A stretch of DNA of 64,000 bases from Bacteroidia bacterium (GTDB lineage Bacteria > Bacteroidota > Bacteroidia > Bacteroidales > VadinHA17): the NCBI GenBank assembly GCA_026391215.1, contig JAPLDX010000068.1, forward strand, positions 16,879-80,878. Reading direction: 5' to 3'. Position numbers and translations under genes: made by a program. A model generated the notes under the pieces. It did no database searches. It worked only from the letters and a program-made list of their open reading frames with translations, and was not told the origin of the DNA. This document shows, piece after piece, positions 1 through 10,679 of the stretch. Every line of letters begins with the position of its first letter. Positions within the stretch are counted from its first letter, which is position 1.

Positions 1-429
1 GAAATAATTATTCCTGCAATGAAGCAGGCTGAAAGGGAAGGGATCATGTCTTTCGGACCGTTCCCGGCTGATGGTTTTTTTGGTGCAGGATCATTTACAA
101 AATTTGATGGTATCCTGGCAATGTATCATGATCAGGGACTTGGACCATTCAAAGCGCTGTCATTTGATTCAGGAGTCAACTTCACAGCAGGACTGCCGTT
201 TGTCAGAACATCCCCTGTACATGGGACTGCCTTCCCTATTGCAGGAAAGGGAGAAGCCTCTGAAAATTCATTCCGGCATGCACTCTATCTGGCCTGCAGC
301 ATATATAAAAACAGGAAGGCCTATGCTGATCTTACCAAAGATCCGCTAAAGCATCAGGATATTGAAATACACACTGACAAGGTTGATGAGCTGCCTCCTG
401 ATATTATTAATTCCGAATCTCAGTTATGA
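1..429 (+). CDS. pdxA: 4-hydroxythreonine-4-phosphate dehydrogenase, C-terminal part (5' end outside window)
   Basis: Frame open from base 1; GPFPADGFF, AMYHDQGL, VNFTAGLPFVRTSPVHGTAF are PdxA signature motifs. Confidence 0.92.
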   Translation, partial: EIIIPAMKQAEREGIMSFGPFPADGFFGAGSFTKFDGILAMYHDQGLGPFKALSFDSGVNFTAGLPFVRTSPVHGTAFPIAGKGEASENSFRHALYLACSIYKNRKAYADLTKDPLKHQDIEIHTDKVDELPPDIINSESQL

Positions 430-1007
430 TCGATTACATTAAAGGTACAATAACCCAGATCACACCGGCATTCCTTACTGTCGAGACGGGAGGAATGGGA
501 TACTTCATTAATATCTCTCTTACGACCTTTTCAAAACTGGAAAGCAAAAATGAGTATAAGATCCTTGTGCATGAGGTGATCAGGGAGGATGCTCATCAGC
601 TCTATGGTTTTGCTGACCTGGAAGAACGTGAGATTTTCAGGTTCCTGATATCAGTTTCAGGAGTAGGTGCGGCTACCGCAAGGATGATGCTTTCATCGCT
701 CAGCCCGGCAGAAGTAGAAAGAGCAATAATAGGATCTGAAGTCAATGTTCTGAAAAGCGTCAAGGGGATAGGATTAAAAACTGCACAAAGGATCATTGTT
801 GACCTTAAAGACAAGCTTGGCAAACAGTCCGAAACCGATGAAATATTTGGCTTCCCGGACAATACAAGACGCGAAGAAGCGTTATCTGCTTTAGTGATGC
901 TTGGGTTTGCCAAAAGCGCTGTCTCAAAAGTTCTTGACAAGATTTTAAGGGAAGAAAAAAACCTTTCTGTCGAGGATATTATAAAGAGAGCGCTTAAGAA
1001 CTTGTAA
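426..1007 (+). CDS. ruvA: Holliday junction branch migration protein RuvA
   Basis: MIDYIKG start, REDAHQLYGF, HhH motifs SVSGVGA and KGIGLKTAQRI, C-terminal EALSALVMLGF; ATGA overlap with pdxA. Confidence 0.97.
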   Translation: MIDYIKGTITQITPAFLTVETGGMGYFINISLTTFSKLESKNEYKILVHEVIREDAHQLYGFADLEEREIFRFLISVSGVGAATARMMLSSLSPAEVERAIIGSEVNVLKSVKGIGLKTAQRIIVDLKDKLGKQSETDEIFGFPDNTRREEALSALVMLGFAKSAVSKVLDKILREEKNLSVEDIIKRALKNL

Positions 1008-1024
1008 TACTGAAAAAAGCCGGA

Positions 1025-4000
1025 TTGGGATCAGGGATATCACATAAGAATCTTCTGGTATTTTTATATCCTCTGCTGTTGGCTTCCTTGTTATTGAACT
1101 CGGAAAAAGCCGGCAGCCAGACCTCTGTTCAATACGGAGATACAACCCGGAAATCGATCCTCAAACTGGAGGATGTTTCAGGAATTCCCTGGGAATCAAA
1201 GCAAAAAGCCCCTCTGTATCTCGATAATCCTTCAAACATAAAATCAAATGTGATATATGACCCTGATAAGAATGAATATGTCATATATCAGAAGGTAGGA
1301 TCATTCGATTATCGCCCTCCGGTTTATATGAGCCCTGAGGAATTCAGGAAATATGAGTATACCAGGGCGATGAGAGACTACTGGCAATCGAGAATATCCG
1401 GCGATGAATCAGGCTTCAGGTCAACACTGATACCGCAGATCGAAGTAGGGGGCGCTGCATTCGATAAGATATTCGGCAGCAATACAATAAATATCATTCC
1501 CCAGGGATCGGCTGAACTGATCTTCGGGATAAATATTTCACGATCTCAGAATCCGGCACTTTCTGAAAAGCTGCAGACAATACCGACATTTGACTTTAAG
1601 GAAAAGATACAGATGAATGTCACCGGGACAATAGGTGACAAAATGGAGCTTGGTGTCAATTATAATACTGATGCGCTGTTTGAATTTGAGAACAGGACAA
1701 AGCTGCAGTATTCCGGGAAAGAAGATGAGATACTTAAAAAGGTCGAAGCAGGTGATGTCACTCTTCCTCTCACGGGGACTCTCATAACCGGTAGCTACAG
1801 CCTTTTCGGGCTTAAAACAGAAATGCAGTTTGGCAAACTGACAGTCACTACAGTTCTTTCACAGCAGAAAGGAGAATCATCGGTTGTTGAAGTGGAAGGA
1901 GGCGCTCAGCTTACCGATTTTGAGATTTTTGCAGATGAATATGAGGCAAACCGGCATTTCTTCCTGTCGCAGTTTTTCAGGGATATTTATGATGATGCGC
2001 TCAGGACCATGCCTGTCATAAGCTCGGGAGTAAATATTGAAAGGATTGAAGTATGGGTGACAAATAAAACGAGCCGCTTTGAGGAGGGAAGCAACAGGAA
2101 TATTGTCGCATTTATTGACCTTGCCGAAAACAAAAATCATATTTACAACAACATCCCTGAATTCCAGGAATCTACGGGAGCCTCTCTATATCCCGATAAC
2201 AGCACAAACCAGATGTATGATCAGCTGAATTCTGTGTACACGGGGGTGAGAAGCGTTGACCAGGTAACCAATGCGCTTGATCCTTTGTACCCCGGATTCC
2301 AGATAGGACGTGATTATGAAAAGATAGAGAATGCAAGAAAGCTGAATGACAGGGAGTACTCAGTCAATAAACAGCTTGGATATATTTCCCTTAATTCAGC
2401 ACTTAATACTGATGAGGTTCTGGCAGTCGCTTTTGAATATACCCTGAACGGGAAGATATATAAAGTAGGAGAGTTTTCAACTGACGGCATTACAGCCCCC
2501 CAGACTCTTCTTCTTAAACTTTTGAAGGGGACAACACTTACACCAAAGCTGCCAACCTGGAGCCTGATGATGAAAAACATCTACTCCCTTGGATCAGGCA
2601 CCCTTGAAAAGAAAGATTTTGAACTTAATGTACTGTACCAGGATGACAAAACAGGCAACTCCATAAACTACCTGCCTGAAGGGAAGCTTGAGGATCAGAT
2701 ACTTCTCCAGGTGATGGGTCTTGATGTGCTTAATTCACAGCTTGACCGTGAATCGGATGGTTATTTCGATTTCATTGAAAATGTGACTGTAATGGTCGAC
2801 AGGGGAAAGATCGTATTTCCTGTTCTCGAGCCTTTTGGGAGTCATCTTATTAAAGTAACTGCCGGAGGGGTGACTCTGACAGAAAATACAGATTATACTG
2901 TTGATTACAACATGGGGACTGTAAGAATTATCAATCCTGCACTTATTGAATCACAAACACCTATCCAGGTGTCGCTTGAAAGCAACCAGTTCTTTGGTTT
3001 TCAAACCAAGACACTTGTCGGAACACACCTGGATTACCGTTTCTCTGACAACTTTGATATCGGCGGTACAATCCTTCATCTTACTGAAAGGCCTTACACA
3101 CAAAAAGTTAACTTTGGAGAAGAACCAATTTCAAACACTATCTGGGGCCTGAATACATCTTATAAAACACAATCCCAGGTTCTCACTAATATTATTGACA
3201 AAATTCCTCTTCTGGAAACAAAAACTCCTTCATCAATATCATTTTTCGGTGAGTTTGCACACCTGATCCCCGGTCATTCAAAAGCAATCTCAAATGCCGG
3301 CAACTCATATATAGATGATTTTGAAGCAAGTGAAATACCCCTCGACCTGAAGTCATTTAATGCCTGGACAATAGCCAGCATTCCGCAGGGACAGGATCTT
3401 ATGTTCCCTGAAGCGAGACTTAATGATAACCTTGCAAGCGGTTTTAACAGGGCAAAGCTGGCCTGGTATGTCATCGATCCGATCTTCCTTCGCAACAGCA
3501 CATCAACACCCGAGCATATTAAAGATAATGCTGATTTACAGTCAAGCCATTTTGTAAGAGAGATCTTTGAGAATGAGATCTATCCATACCGTGAGAGCAC
3601 AACAGGAATACCTACCAACATTACAGTACTTAACCTGGCTTATTTCCCTGAAGAAAGAGGTCCATATAATTTTGACACTTATCCCGGCAGCTATTCTGAA
3701 GGAATGAACTCTAATGGCGGACTCAATGATCCGGGATCGCGATGGGGCGGTATCATGAGGGAGGTTCTTACAAGTGATTTCGAAACGGCAAATATTCAGT
3801 ATATAAAGTTCTGGCTCATGGATCCCTTTGTTGAGGATCCGGACCATGAAGGCGGCGATCTTTACATAAACCTTGGAAATATATCGGAAGATATCCTCAG
3901 GGATTCAAGGAAAAGTTTTGAGCATGGCCTGCCCGTAGGCCCTGAACAGATAAATGTGGATTCGACTTCCTGGGGAAGAATTCCCACAGTTCAGGCAGTT

Positions 4001-7000
4001 GTTAACGCTTTTGATAATGATCCCTTATCACGAACATACCAGGATGTAGGCTTTGACGGTCTCAGGAATCAGGATGAGCAGACATTTTTCTCAGATTATC
4101 TTCAGAAAGCAGGTGCAATTACCAGCCCTGAAGCATACCAGGATATCCTGGATGACCCGTCCGGTGATGATTTTCATTATTTCAGGGGAACGGATTACGA
4201 TCTGGATGAACTGGGAATTATTGACAGGTATAAAAAATATAACGGGCCGGATGGCAATTCAAAAACTGCAGAAATGTCACCCGAACAATATCCTACCTCA
4301 GGATCAACACTTCCTGACATGGAAGATATTAACCGAGATAACACCCTGAATGAAACGGAAAGTTATTATCAGTACAGAGTAAGCCTAAGACCGGGAGACC
4401 TGGTAGTGGGTTCGAATTATATAGTCGATGAAATTGAAAATAAGGAAGTTACATTTCCTAACGGCATCAAATCATCAGTAAAATGGTACCAGTTTAAAAT
4501 CCCGATTACTGATTATCAGAAGATAGTAGGCACAATCAGTGATTTTAAATCGATAAGGTTCATGAGAATTTTCCTCCGCAATTTCAAAGAACCTGTTATA
4601 ATGCGTTATGCTGACCTGGACCTCGTCAGGGCAGAATGGAGGAAATACAATATCTCATTCATGGAAGGCGGTGAAAGAGTTACCTTACCTGAGGCTTCTG
4701 ACGGGACATTTGAGATAAGCTCCGTGAGCATTGAGGAAAACTCGGGCAAGGAGCCTGTAAACTATGTTCTTCCCCCGGGATTTGACAGAGTTACGGATCC
4801 TTCCAATCCTCAGCTGAGGCAGCTTAATGAACAGTCAATGGTTCTTAAGGTTCAGAATCTTGAAGATGGTGATGCCCGGGCAGCTTTTAAAAATGTAAGT
4901 CTTGACATAAGGCAATACAGGCGCCTCAGGATGGAGGTTCATGCCGAAGCGCTCATTGGACAGCCTCTGCAGGATGGCGAACTTACAGCCTTCATAAGGA
5001 TAGGATCGGATTACAAAAGCAACTTCTATGAATATGAGATCCCTCTAAAGCTTACATCTCCACGACATTATGACAACAAGATCGATTCAGAAAGGGAGAT
5101 GGTATGGCCTGAGGAAAACAGCTTCAACATTGATCTGTCGGTATTCCAGGATGCCAAACAGGCACGAAACAGGAAGATGCAGGAGGCAGGATCATCCCTG
5201 AGCATATCAGATGTTTTTGTTTATGCATATCAAGGGCACAGGATATCAATTTCAGGTAACCCTAATCTGAGCAACGTAAAAGTCATAATGGTCGGGATCA
5301 GGAATCCCATTAAGACGAGGAATCCAGTGATTGATGACGGACAACCCAAGTGGGGAGAGGTCTGGGTCAATGAGCTTCGTCTTAATGATTTCGTTGAGAA
5401 CGGCGGCTGGGCAGCAAATGCACATTTACAGGCCCGCCTGGCTGACCTTGGTACCGTTGACGTGGTTGGACAGTCAAGCACTCCGGGTTGGGGAAGCATA
5501 GAAAAGAAAGTGAATGAGCGAAGCAAGGAACAGGTTATGAAATATGATCTTTCATCAACTCTTGAGCTTGGGAAATTCTTTTCTGATAAAGCAGGTATAA
5601 GGCTTCCTGTCTATGTTGGTTATTCCGAAACAAGAATCAGGCCCCAGTACAATCCCCTGGATCCTGACATACCTCTTGAAGATGCTTTACGGAATGCCGA
5701 GGACCAGACGGCAAGGGATTCAATAAAAGCCATTTCAGAAGATTTTGCGAGAAGAAAAACCATCACTATAAGCAATGCGGGAATTACGAAACGGGGAGAA
5801 AAGCCCCATGCCTGGGATCCTGCAAACCTGAGCGTCAACTATACCTATAATGAAATTTACAGCAGCAATATCAAAACTGAAATAGACCTTGAAAAGAATT
5901 ACAGGGGTGGGCTGAATTATGACTACCAGGCTCAACCTGAAAATATAGCTCCTTTTAAGAGTGTGAAATTCCTTAATGGATCCATTTTCCGGCTCATAAA
6001 GGATTTCAATTTCTATCTCTTCCCTAAAAGCATCTCTTTCAGAACAGATCTTTCACGTTATTATAACGAGGTGAAGGCCAGAAATATAAATAATCCTTAT
6101 CTGCGCATTACTCCAACGTATAGAAAGGATTTTGAATGGACAAGAATGTACGATTTCAAGTATGATATCACACGTCAGCTGAAGGTTGACTTCACTGCAA
6201 CAAATCTTGCAAGAATCGATGAACCAACAGGCGGGGTTGACAGAGAAAGATACGGCAATCAGTATGATTTCTGGCGTGATTCTGTAATGACAAACCTGTT
6301 GAATTTCGGAAGGACGACCTCCTATAATCATTTTATTAATGCAACGTATACCATCCCGGTCAATAAGCTGCCTCTTCTTTCCTGGATAAATGCGAATGCC
6401 CGTTTCGGTTCGGATTATACCTGGCTGGCAGGGCCGCTTTTCCCTGACAGCATGAATATAAACATCGGCAATTCAATAAAGAACCATAATGAGCTATCGT
6501 TCACTGCCATGGCAAACCTCTCGACACTCTATGGCAAATCGAAATTCCTTAAAAAGATTGAGAACAATACACGTCCGGATGCGGCGCAACGGATGAAACC
6601 TGAATACAAGACAGTGAACTACACGAGGAATAATGTCAATTTCAGGACAAATGCAGTCAAGGGGATTATTCATAACCTTGGCACTACCGACGTAAAAGTC
6701 AGGATCGTTAAAAAGACCGGAGAGGAAGTAAAGGGCAAAGTTGATATTGTGAACAGCGACAAGATAAACTTTGCAGCGGCAGAGCAGGTTGACGGTGCAC
6801 AGGTACTGATTGAGGGAAGGGTCCCGGTAAAACGGAATCCATTAAGTATAGCGGGTGAATATATGGTGAGAGCCCTTCTTGGGGTAAGATCTGTAAGCCT
6901 GACATTAACATCATCACAGGGACAATTCCTTCCGGGTTATATGCCTGAAACAAAATACCTGGGATTATCGAAAAACAATAGTATCCTGGCGCCGGGCTGG

Positions 7001-8278
7001 CCATTCATACTTGGTTACAACGACAAAAATTTCTTTGACAGGGCAGCATCCAATGGCTGGCTTTCAAAAGACACCCTTCTCAATACTCCGGCAAATTACA
7101 ATAACAAGTATGATCTTTCTGCCAGGAGCATGATTGAGCCCTTCCCCGGCATGAGGATTGATGTTAATGCCGACCGGAGATTCCTTGAAGGGGTGAGTGC
7201 ATATTATATTGCGGATATGAACGGCAATTTCCCGGACAGCACCCGCAACATGATAGTTAACGGGAATTTCTCTATTTCAGTTATTTCATGGGGTACTGCA
7301 TTTGAAAAGATATCGGCAAAGAATAATTATGTTTCTCCTACTTTTGAAGCTTTCAAGGAAAACCTGGTAATTATTTCCGGAAGAAGAGCTTCGGAAAGAT
7401 CCAAATCAGATCCGGGTTATAATCCTGATATTAACCCGTTTACAGGAGAGCCTATCGAAGGGCCCTATAAGAGCGGATATGGAAAAACCTCACGCGAGGT
7501 AATGATACCTGCATTCCTTGCAGCCTATACCAAAACTGATCCGAATAAGGTGACCATGGAAACCTTCCCTTCTGCGCTGCGGATGATGCCAAACTGGAGG
7601 CTGACATTTGACGGATTATCGAAATTTGAATTCATACAGAAGGTTTTCAGGTCAGTAAATCTCTCACATCAGTACAGAAGCACTTTCCAGATAGGGAGCT
7701 ATACCACGAACCTCAGCTATATGGAAGATATAAACGGTATTAACTCCATCAGAGACCTTCAGGACAACTTCATCCAGGAATACGAAATCAATGTTGTGAC
7801 GCTGAATGAACAGTTCAGCCCGCTGATAAATATCGACATGAACTGGATAAACAGCCTGACAACCCGGTTTGAATGGAAAAAATCACGTACCATCTCGCTC
7901 AACATGACAAGCAACCAGATAGCCGATGCACGTACCAATGAGCTTGTTTTCGGAGCCGGATACAGGTTTGACGAAGTGCAGATCGTGCTCAAAACCGGGG
8001 GCGGACAGAAGGTGCTGAAGAGCGACCTTAACCTGCGGTTTGATCTTTCAATCCGTGACAACAAGACTCTGGCAAGAAAGCTGGTTGAGGATGTAAATCA
8101 GCCTGTCGCAGGACAAAGGGTCTTTACTGCGGGGCTGACGGCAGATTATGTCTTAAGTGACAGGTTTAACCTTCAGATCTTTGCCGACCACACCATGAAT
8201 AATCCATTTGTGGCAAACACCTTCCCCACATCTAACACAAATTTCGGGTTTAGCCTTAAGTTTACCCTGGTCCAGTAA
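1025..8278 (+). CDS. sprA: Type IX secretion system outer-membrane translocon SprA/Sov
   Basis: 2417 aa; FDFKEKIQMNVTG, GKEDEILKKVEAG, YIDDFE, FNRAKLAWY, GEVWVNELRL; directly after ruvA as in other Bacteroidota; TTG start uncertain; apparent internal deletion (see findings). Confidence 0.95.
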   Translation: MGSGISHKNLLVFLYPLLLASLLLNSEKAGSQTSVQYGDTTRKSILKLEDVSGIPWESKQKAPLYLDNPSNIKSNVIYDPDKNEYVIYQKVGSFDYRPPVYMSPEEFRKYEYTRAMRDYWQSRISGDESGFRSTLIPQIEVGGAAFDKIFGSNTINIIPQGSAELIFGINISRSQNPALSEKLQTIPTFDFKEKIQMNVTGTIGDKMELGVNYNTDALFEFENRTKLQYSGKEDEILKKVEAGDVTLPLTGTLITGSYSLFGLKTEMQFGKLTVTTVLSQQKGESSVVEVEGGAQLTDFEIFADEYEANRHFFLSQFFRDIYDDALRTMPVISSGVNIERIEVWVTNKTSRFEEGSNRNIVAFIDLAENKNHIYNNIPEFQESTGASLYPDNSTNQMYDQLNSVYTGVRSVDQVTNALDPLYPGFQIGRDYEKIENARKLNDREYSVNKQLGYISLNSALNTDEVLAVAFEYTLNGKIYKVGEFSTDGITAPQTLLLKLLKGTTLTPKLPTWSLMMKNIYSLGSGTLEKKDFELNVLYQDDKTGNSINYLPEGKLEDQILLQVMGLDVLNSQLDRESDGYFDFIENVTVMVDRGKIVFPVLEPFGSHLIKVTAGGVTLTENTDYTVDYNMGTVRIINPALIESQTPIQVSLESNQFFGFQTKTLVGTHLDYRFSDNFDIGGTILHLTERPYTQKVNFGEEPISNTIWGLNTSYKTQSQVLTNIIDKIPLLETKTPSSISFFGEFAHLIPGHSKAISNAGNSYIDDFEASEIPLDLKSFNAWTIASIPQGQDLMFPEARLNDNLASGFNRAKLAWYVIDPIFLRNSTSTPEHIKDNADLQSSHFVREIFENEIYPYRESTTGIPTNITVLNLAYFPEERGPYNFDTYPGSYSEGMNSNGGLNDPGSRWGGIMREVLTSDFETANIQYIKFWLMDPFVEDPDHEGGDLYINLGNISEDILRDSRKSFEHGLPVGPEQINVDSTSWGRIPTVQAVVNAFDNDPLSRTYQDVGFDGLRNQDEQTFFSDYLQKAGAITSPEAYQDILDDPSGDDFHYFRGTDYDLDELGIIDRYKKYNGPDGNSKTAEMSPEQYPTSGSTLPDMEDINRDNTLNETESYYQYRVSLRPGDLVVGSNYIVDEIENKEVTFPNGIKSSVKWYQFKIPITDYQKIVGTISDFKSIRFMRIFLRNFKEPVIMRYADLDLVRAEWRKYNISFMEGGERVTLPEASDGTFEISSVSIEENSGKEPVNYVLPPGFDRVTDPSNPQLRQLNEQSMVLKVQNLEDGDARAAFKNVSLDIRQYRRLRMEVHAEALIGQPLQDGELTAFIRIGSDYKSNFYEYEIPLKLTSPRHYDNKIDSEREMVWPEENSFNIDLSVFQDAKQARNRKMQEAGSSLSISDVFVYAYQGHRISISGNPNLSNVKVIMVGIRNPIKTRNPVIDDGQPKWGEVWVNELRLNDFVENGGWAANAHLQARLADLGTVDVVGQSSTPGWGSIEKKVNERSKEQVMKYDLSSTLELGKFFSDKAGIRLPVYVGYSETRIRPQYNPLDPDIPLEDALRNAEDQTARDSIKAISEDFARRKTITISNAGITKRGEKPHAWDPANLSVNYTYNEIYSSNIKTEIDLEKNYRGGLNYDYQAQPENIAPFKSVKFLNGSIFRLIKDFNFYLFPKSISFRTDLSRYYNEVKARNINNPYLRITPTYRKDFEWTRMYDFKYDITRQLKVDFTATNLARIDEPTGGVDRERYGNQYDFWRDSVMTNLLNFGRTTSYNHFINATYTIPVNKLPLLSWINANARFGSDYTWLAGPLFPDSMNINIGNSIKNHNELSFTAMANLSTLYGKSKFLKKIENNTRPDAAQRMKPEYKTVNYTRNNVNFRTNAVKGIIHNLGTTDVKVRIVKKTGEEVKGKVDIVNSDKINFAAAEQVDGAQVLIEGRVPVKRNPLSIAGEYMVRALLGVRSVSLTLTSSQGQFLPGYMPETKYLGLSKNNSILAPGWPFILGYNDKNFFDRAASNGWLSKDTLLNTPANYNNKYDLSARSMIEPFPGMRIDVNADRRFLEGVSAYYIADMNGNFPDSTRNMIVNGNFSISVISWGTAFEKISAKNNYVSPTFEAFKENLVIISGRRASERSKSDPGYNPDINPFTGEPIEGPYKSGYGKTSREVMIPAFLAAYTKTDPNKVTMETFPSALRMMPNWRLTFDGLSKFEFIQKVFRSVNLSHQYRSTFQIGSYTTNLSYMEDINGINSIRDLQDNFIQEYEINVVTLNEQFSPLINIDMNWINSLTTRFEWKKSRTISLNMTSNQIADARTNELVFGAGYRFDEVQIVLKTGGGQKVLKSDLNLRFDLSIRDNKTLARKLVEDVNQPVAGQRVFTAGLTADYVLSDRFNLQIFADHTMNNPFVANTFPTSNTNFGFSLKFTLVQ

Positions 8279-8310
8279 ACATTTTTCAATCCCTGTTGAT
8301 TTTTTTATTT

Positions 8311-8329
8311 TTTCAGAAAACGTTTGAAA
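8311..8329. promoter_or_regulatory. Candidate LacI-family operator upstream of the maltose operon
   Basis: TTTCAGAAAACGTTTGAAA with palindromic core AAACGTTT; 15/16 identical to the site at 35684-35699. Confidence 0.7.
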
Positions 8330-8415
8330 CAAAGTCGTACTGATTTTTTACCCGAAAATCGGCGAATCTCAGTGAAAATAAATAACATACGCAGTTTTTT
8401 AACAATCATTTTTCC

Positions 8416-8423
8416 TATTTTTG
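8416..8423 (+). promoter_or_regulatory. Bacteroidota sigma-A -7 element (TAnnTTTG)
   Basis: TATTTTTG about 55 bp upstream of the MFS start codon. Confidence 0.45.
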
Positions 8424-8477
8424 AATAGGATTCTTATACTTTTTCGATAAATTTTCTGAAAAACATATTCATTATTT

Positions 8478-10019
8478 ATGAAAAGGACCAAACCAAAATT
8501 ATCCTTCTGGCAGATCTGGAACATGAGCTTCGGATTCTTAGGGATCCAGTTTGGCTTTGCTCTGCAGAATGCAAATGTAAGCCGCATCTTTGAAACTCTT
8601 GGAGCAAAGGTGGACGATATTCCGATACTCTGGGTTGCCGCACCTGTTACAGGGCTGATAATGCAGCCGATCATAGGCCATATGAGCGACAGGACATGGA
8701 ACCGTCTGGGCCGTCGCCGTCCATATTTTCTGACAGGGGCCATCCTGGCTTCACTTGCCCTGTTGCTAATGCCGAATTCACCTGCACTCTGGGTTGCCGC
8801 AGGAACCCTATGGATCATGGATGCTTCAATAAATATATCGATGGAACCGTTCAGGGCTTTCGTGGGTGACATGCTATCATCGGAACAAAGAACAAGAGGT
8901 TTTGCCATGCAAAGCTTTTTCATAGGCACAGGGGCAGTTGTAGCATCATTTCTACCATATATACTTACTAACTGGTTTAACGTACCGACAGAACCCTCCC
9001 CGGGGAAGCTGATCCCAATGAATGTCAAGCTCTCCTTTTACATTGGAGCGACAGTCTTCTTCCTTGCAGTTTTGTGGACAATCCTGAGAACAAAGGAATA
9101 CTCTCCGGAGGAGCTTGCTGAATTTGAAGAAGGTGAGCAGATTGCAAGGGGAGAAAAAGAGGACTCAGGGCTCACGACTCATGGCACAGGGCTGAAGACA
9201 GAAAGAAAAACTAATTTCTATGCTCCGGGTTTAATATGGCTGGGAGCTGGCCTGATCCTGACATTTATACTGTCAAAAACCAATCTGGAAAAGGAACTGT
9301 ATATCATTACCGGTGGCATATCTTTTTTCGGCCTTCTCCAGTTAATTGCAGGCATTCTGCAGACCTCAGGCAAAGGGGAAAACGGGCTTAATTCAATTCT
9401 TATTGATCTTAGAAACATGCCTTCCACAATGAGTCAGCTGGCACTGGTACAGTTCTTTACATGGTTCGCACTTTTTTCGATGTGGATTTATACTACATCC
9501 GCTGTAACATCAAATATTTACGATACTTCCGACACGACATCGCTGGAATATAATAAAGGTGCCAACTGGGTTGGTGTGCTCTTCGGAATTTATAACGGAG
9601 TAGCTGCTCTTGTCGCTTTTCTCCTGCCAGTACTGGCAAGGATAACAAGCAGGAAGATCACACACTCAATATGTCTTGTGGTCGGCGGTATCAGCCTTAT
9701 ATCAATAAGCCTTATCGGCAATCCCTGGCTGCTGATCCTTCCCATGGCAGGGATAGGAGTCGCATGGGCAAGCATTCTTTCTATGCCTTACGCCATGCTC
9801 ACCGGCGCTCTGCCGCAGAACAAGATGGGTATTTATATGGGCATTTTCAACTTCTTCATTGTAATACCCCAGATACTTGCCGCAAGCATTCTCGGCAGCA
9901 TGGTCAAACACCTTTTTGACGGGAATACCATGAATGCACTTATTACGGGCGGTATATCTATGATAGTTGCAGCCATAATGGTGAAATTTGTAAAAGACGT
10001 TGACGACAAGAGAAAATAA
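8478..10019 (+). CDS. MFS maltose/maltooligosaccharide transporter (SLC45/MalT-like)
   Basis: LSFWQIWNMSFGFLGIQFGFALQ, SDRTWNRLGRRRPY, GIYMGIFNFFIVIPQ; many TM segments; upstream of pgmB and GH65. Confidence 0.9.
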   Translation: MKRTKPKLSFWQIWNMSFGFLGIQFGFALQNANVSRIFETLGAKVDDIPILWVAAPVTGLIMQPIIGHMSDRTWNRLGRRRPYFLTGAILASLALLLMPNSPALWVAAGTLWIMDASINISMEPFRAFVGDMLSSEQRTRGFAMQSFFIGTGAVVASFLPYILTNWFNVPTEPSPGKLIPMNVKLSFYIGATVFFLAVLWTILRTKEYSPEELAEFEEGEQIARGEKEDSGLTTHGTGLKTERKTNFYAPGLIWLGAGLILTFILSKTNLEKELYIITGGISFFGLLQLIAGILQTSGKGENGLNSILIDLRNMPSTMSQLALVQFFTWFALFSMWIYTTSAVTSNIYDTSDTTSLEYNKGANWVGVLFGIYNGVAALVAFLLPVLARITSRKITHSICLVVGGISLISISLIGNPWLLILPMAGIGVAWASILSMPYAMLTGALPQNKMGIYMGIFNFFIVIPQILAASILGSMVKHLFDGNTMNALITGGISMIVAAIMVKFVKDVDDKRK

Positions 10020-10666
10020 TGGAAATAAAAGGCTGCATTTTTGATCTTGACGGGGTTATAGTTGATACAGCAAAATACCATTATCTGGCATGGAAAAGAC
10101 TTGCTGACCATCTGGATGTAAATTTCACTTTGGAGGATAACGAAAGGCTTAAGGGTGTCAGCCGTATGGATTCGCTTGAAATAATCCTTGCGATAGGCAA
10201 AAGAAAGCTGAATAAGGAATTGAAAGAAAAATATGCACGCCTGAAAAACGAATGGTATATAGATTATATAAGTAAAATGACTCCTGATGAGATACTCTCA
10301 GGAAGCATAAAATTCATTAATGAGCTGAAGGGAGCGGGAATAAAAACAGCATTGGGATCAGCAAGCAAAAACACGCCTCTGATACTTAAGAGAGTAGGTA
10401 TGGAGAAAATGTTTGATGCAGTAGTTGATGGTAATATTGTAAGCAGGGCGAAACCCAATCCCGAGGTTTTTATTGTTGCCGCCGGAATGATAAAAGTGAA
10501 ACCTGAACATTGTGTTGTTTTCGAAGATGCAGTGGCAGGGGTGCAGGCTGCAATTAACGCTGGGATGATATGTGTGGGTATCGGATCACGAAAAGTACTT
10601 GCCAAAGCTCATTATATAATTTCAGGATTAGATGAAATGAACCTGAAGAAACTCAAAGAAATTTAA
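10019..10666 (+). CDS. pgmB: Beta-phosphoglucomutase (HAD family)
   Basis: FDLDGVIVDTAKYHYLAWK, LKGVSRMDSL, GSASKN, KPNPEVF, FEDAVAG. Confidence 0.95.
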   Translation: MEIKGCIFDLDGVIVDTAKYHYLAWKRLADHLDVNFTLEDNERLKGVSRMDSLEIILAIGKRKLNKELKEKYARLKNEWYIDYISKMTPDEILSGSIKFINELKGAGIKTALGSASKNTPLILKRVGMEKMFDAVVDGNIVSRAKPNPEVFIVAAGMIKVKPEHCVVFEDAVAGVQAAINAGMICVGIGSRKVLAKAHYIISGLDEMNLKKLKEI

Positions 10667-10679
10667 AGAAAGGCCGGAC

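Noticed and set aside
8270-8310. att-like direct repeat shared with 36870-36900
   Set aside because: Only A/T-run similarity; no convincing repeat, tRNA or integrase
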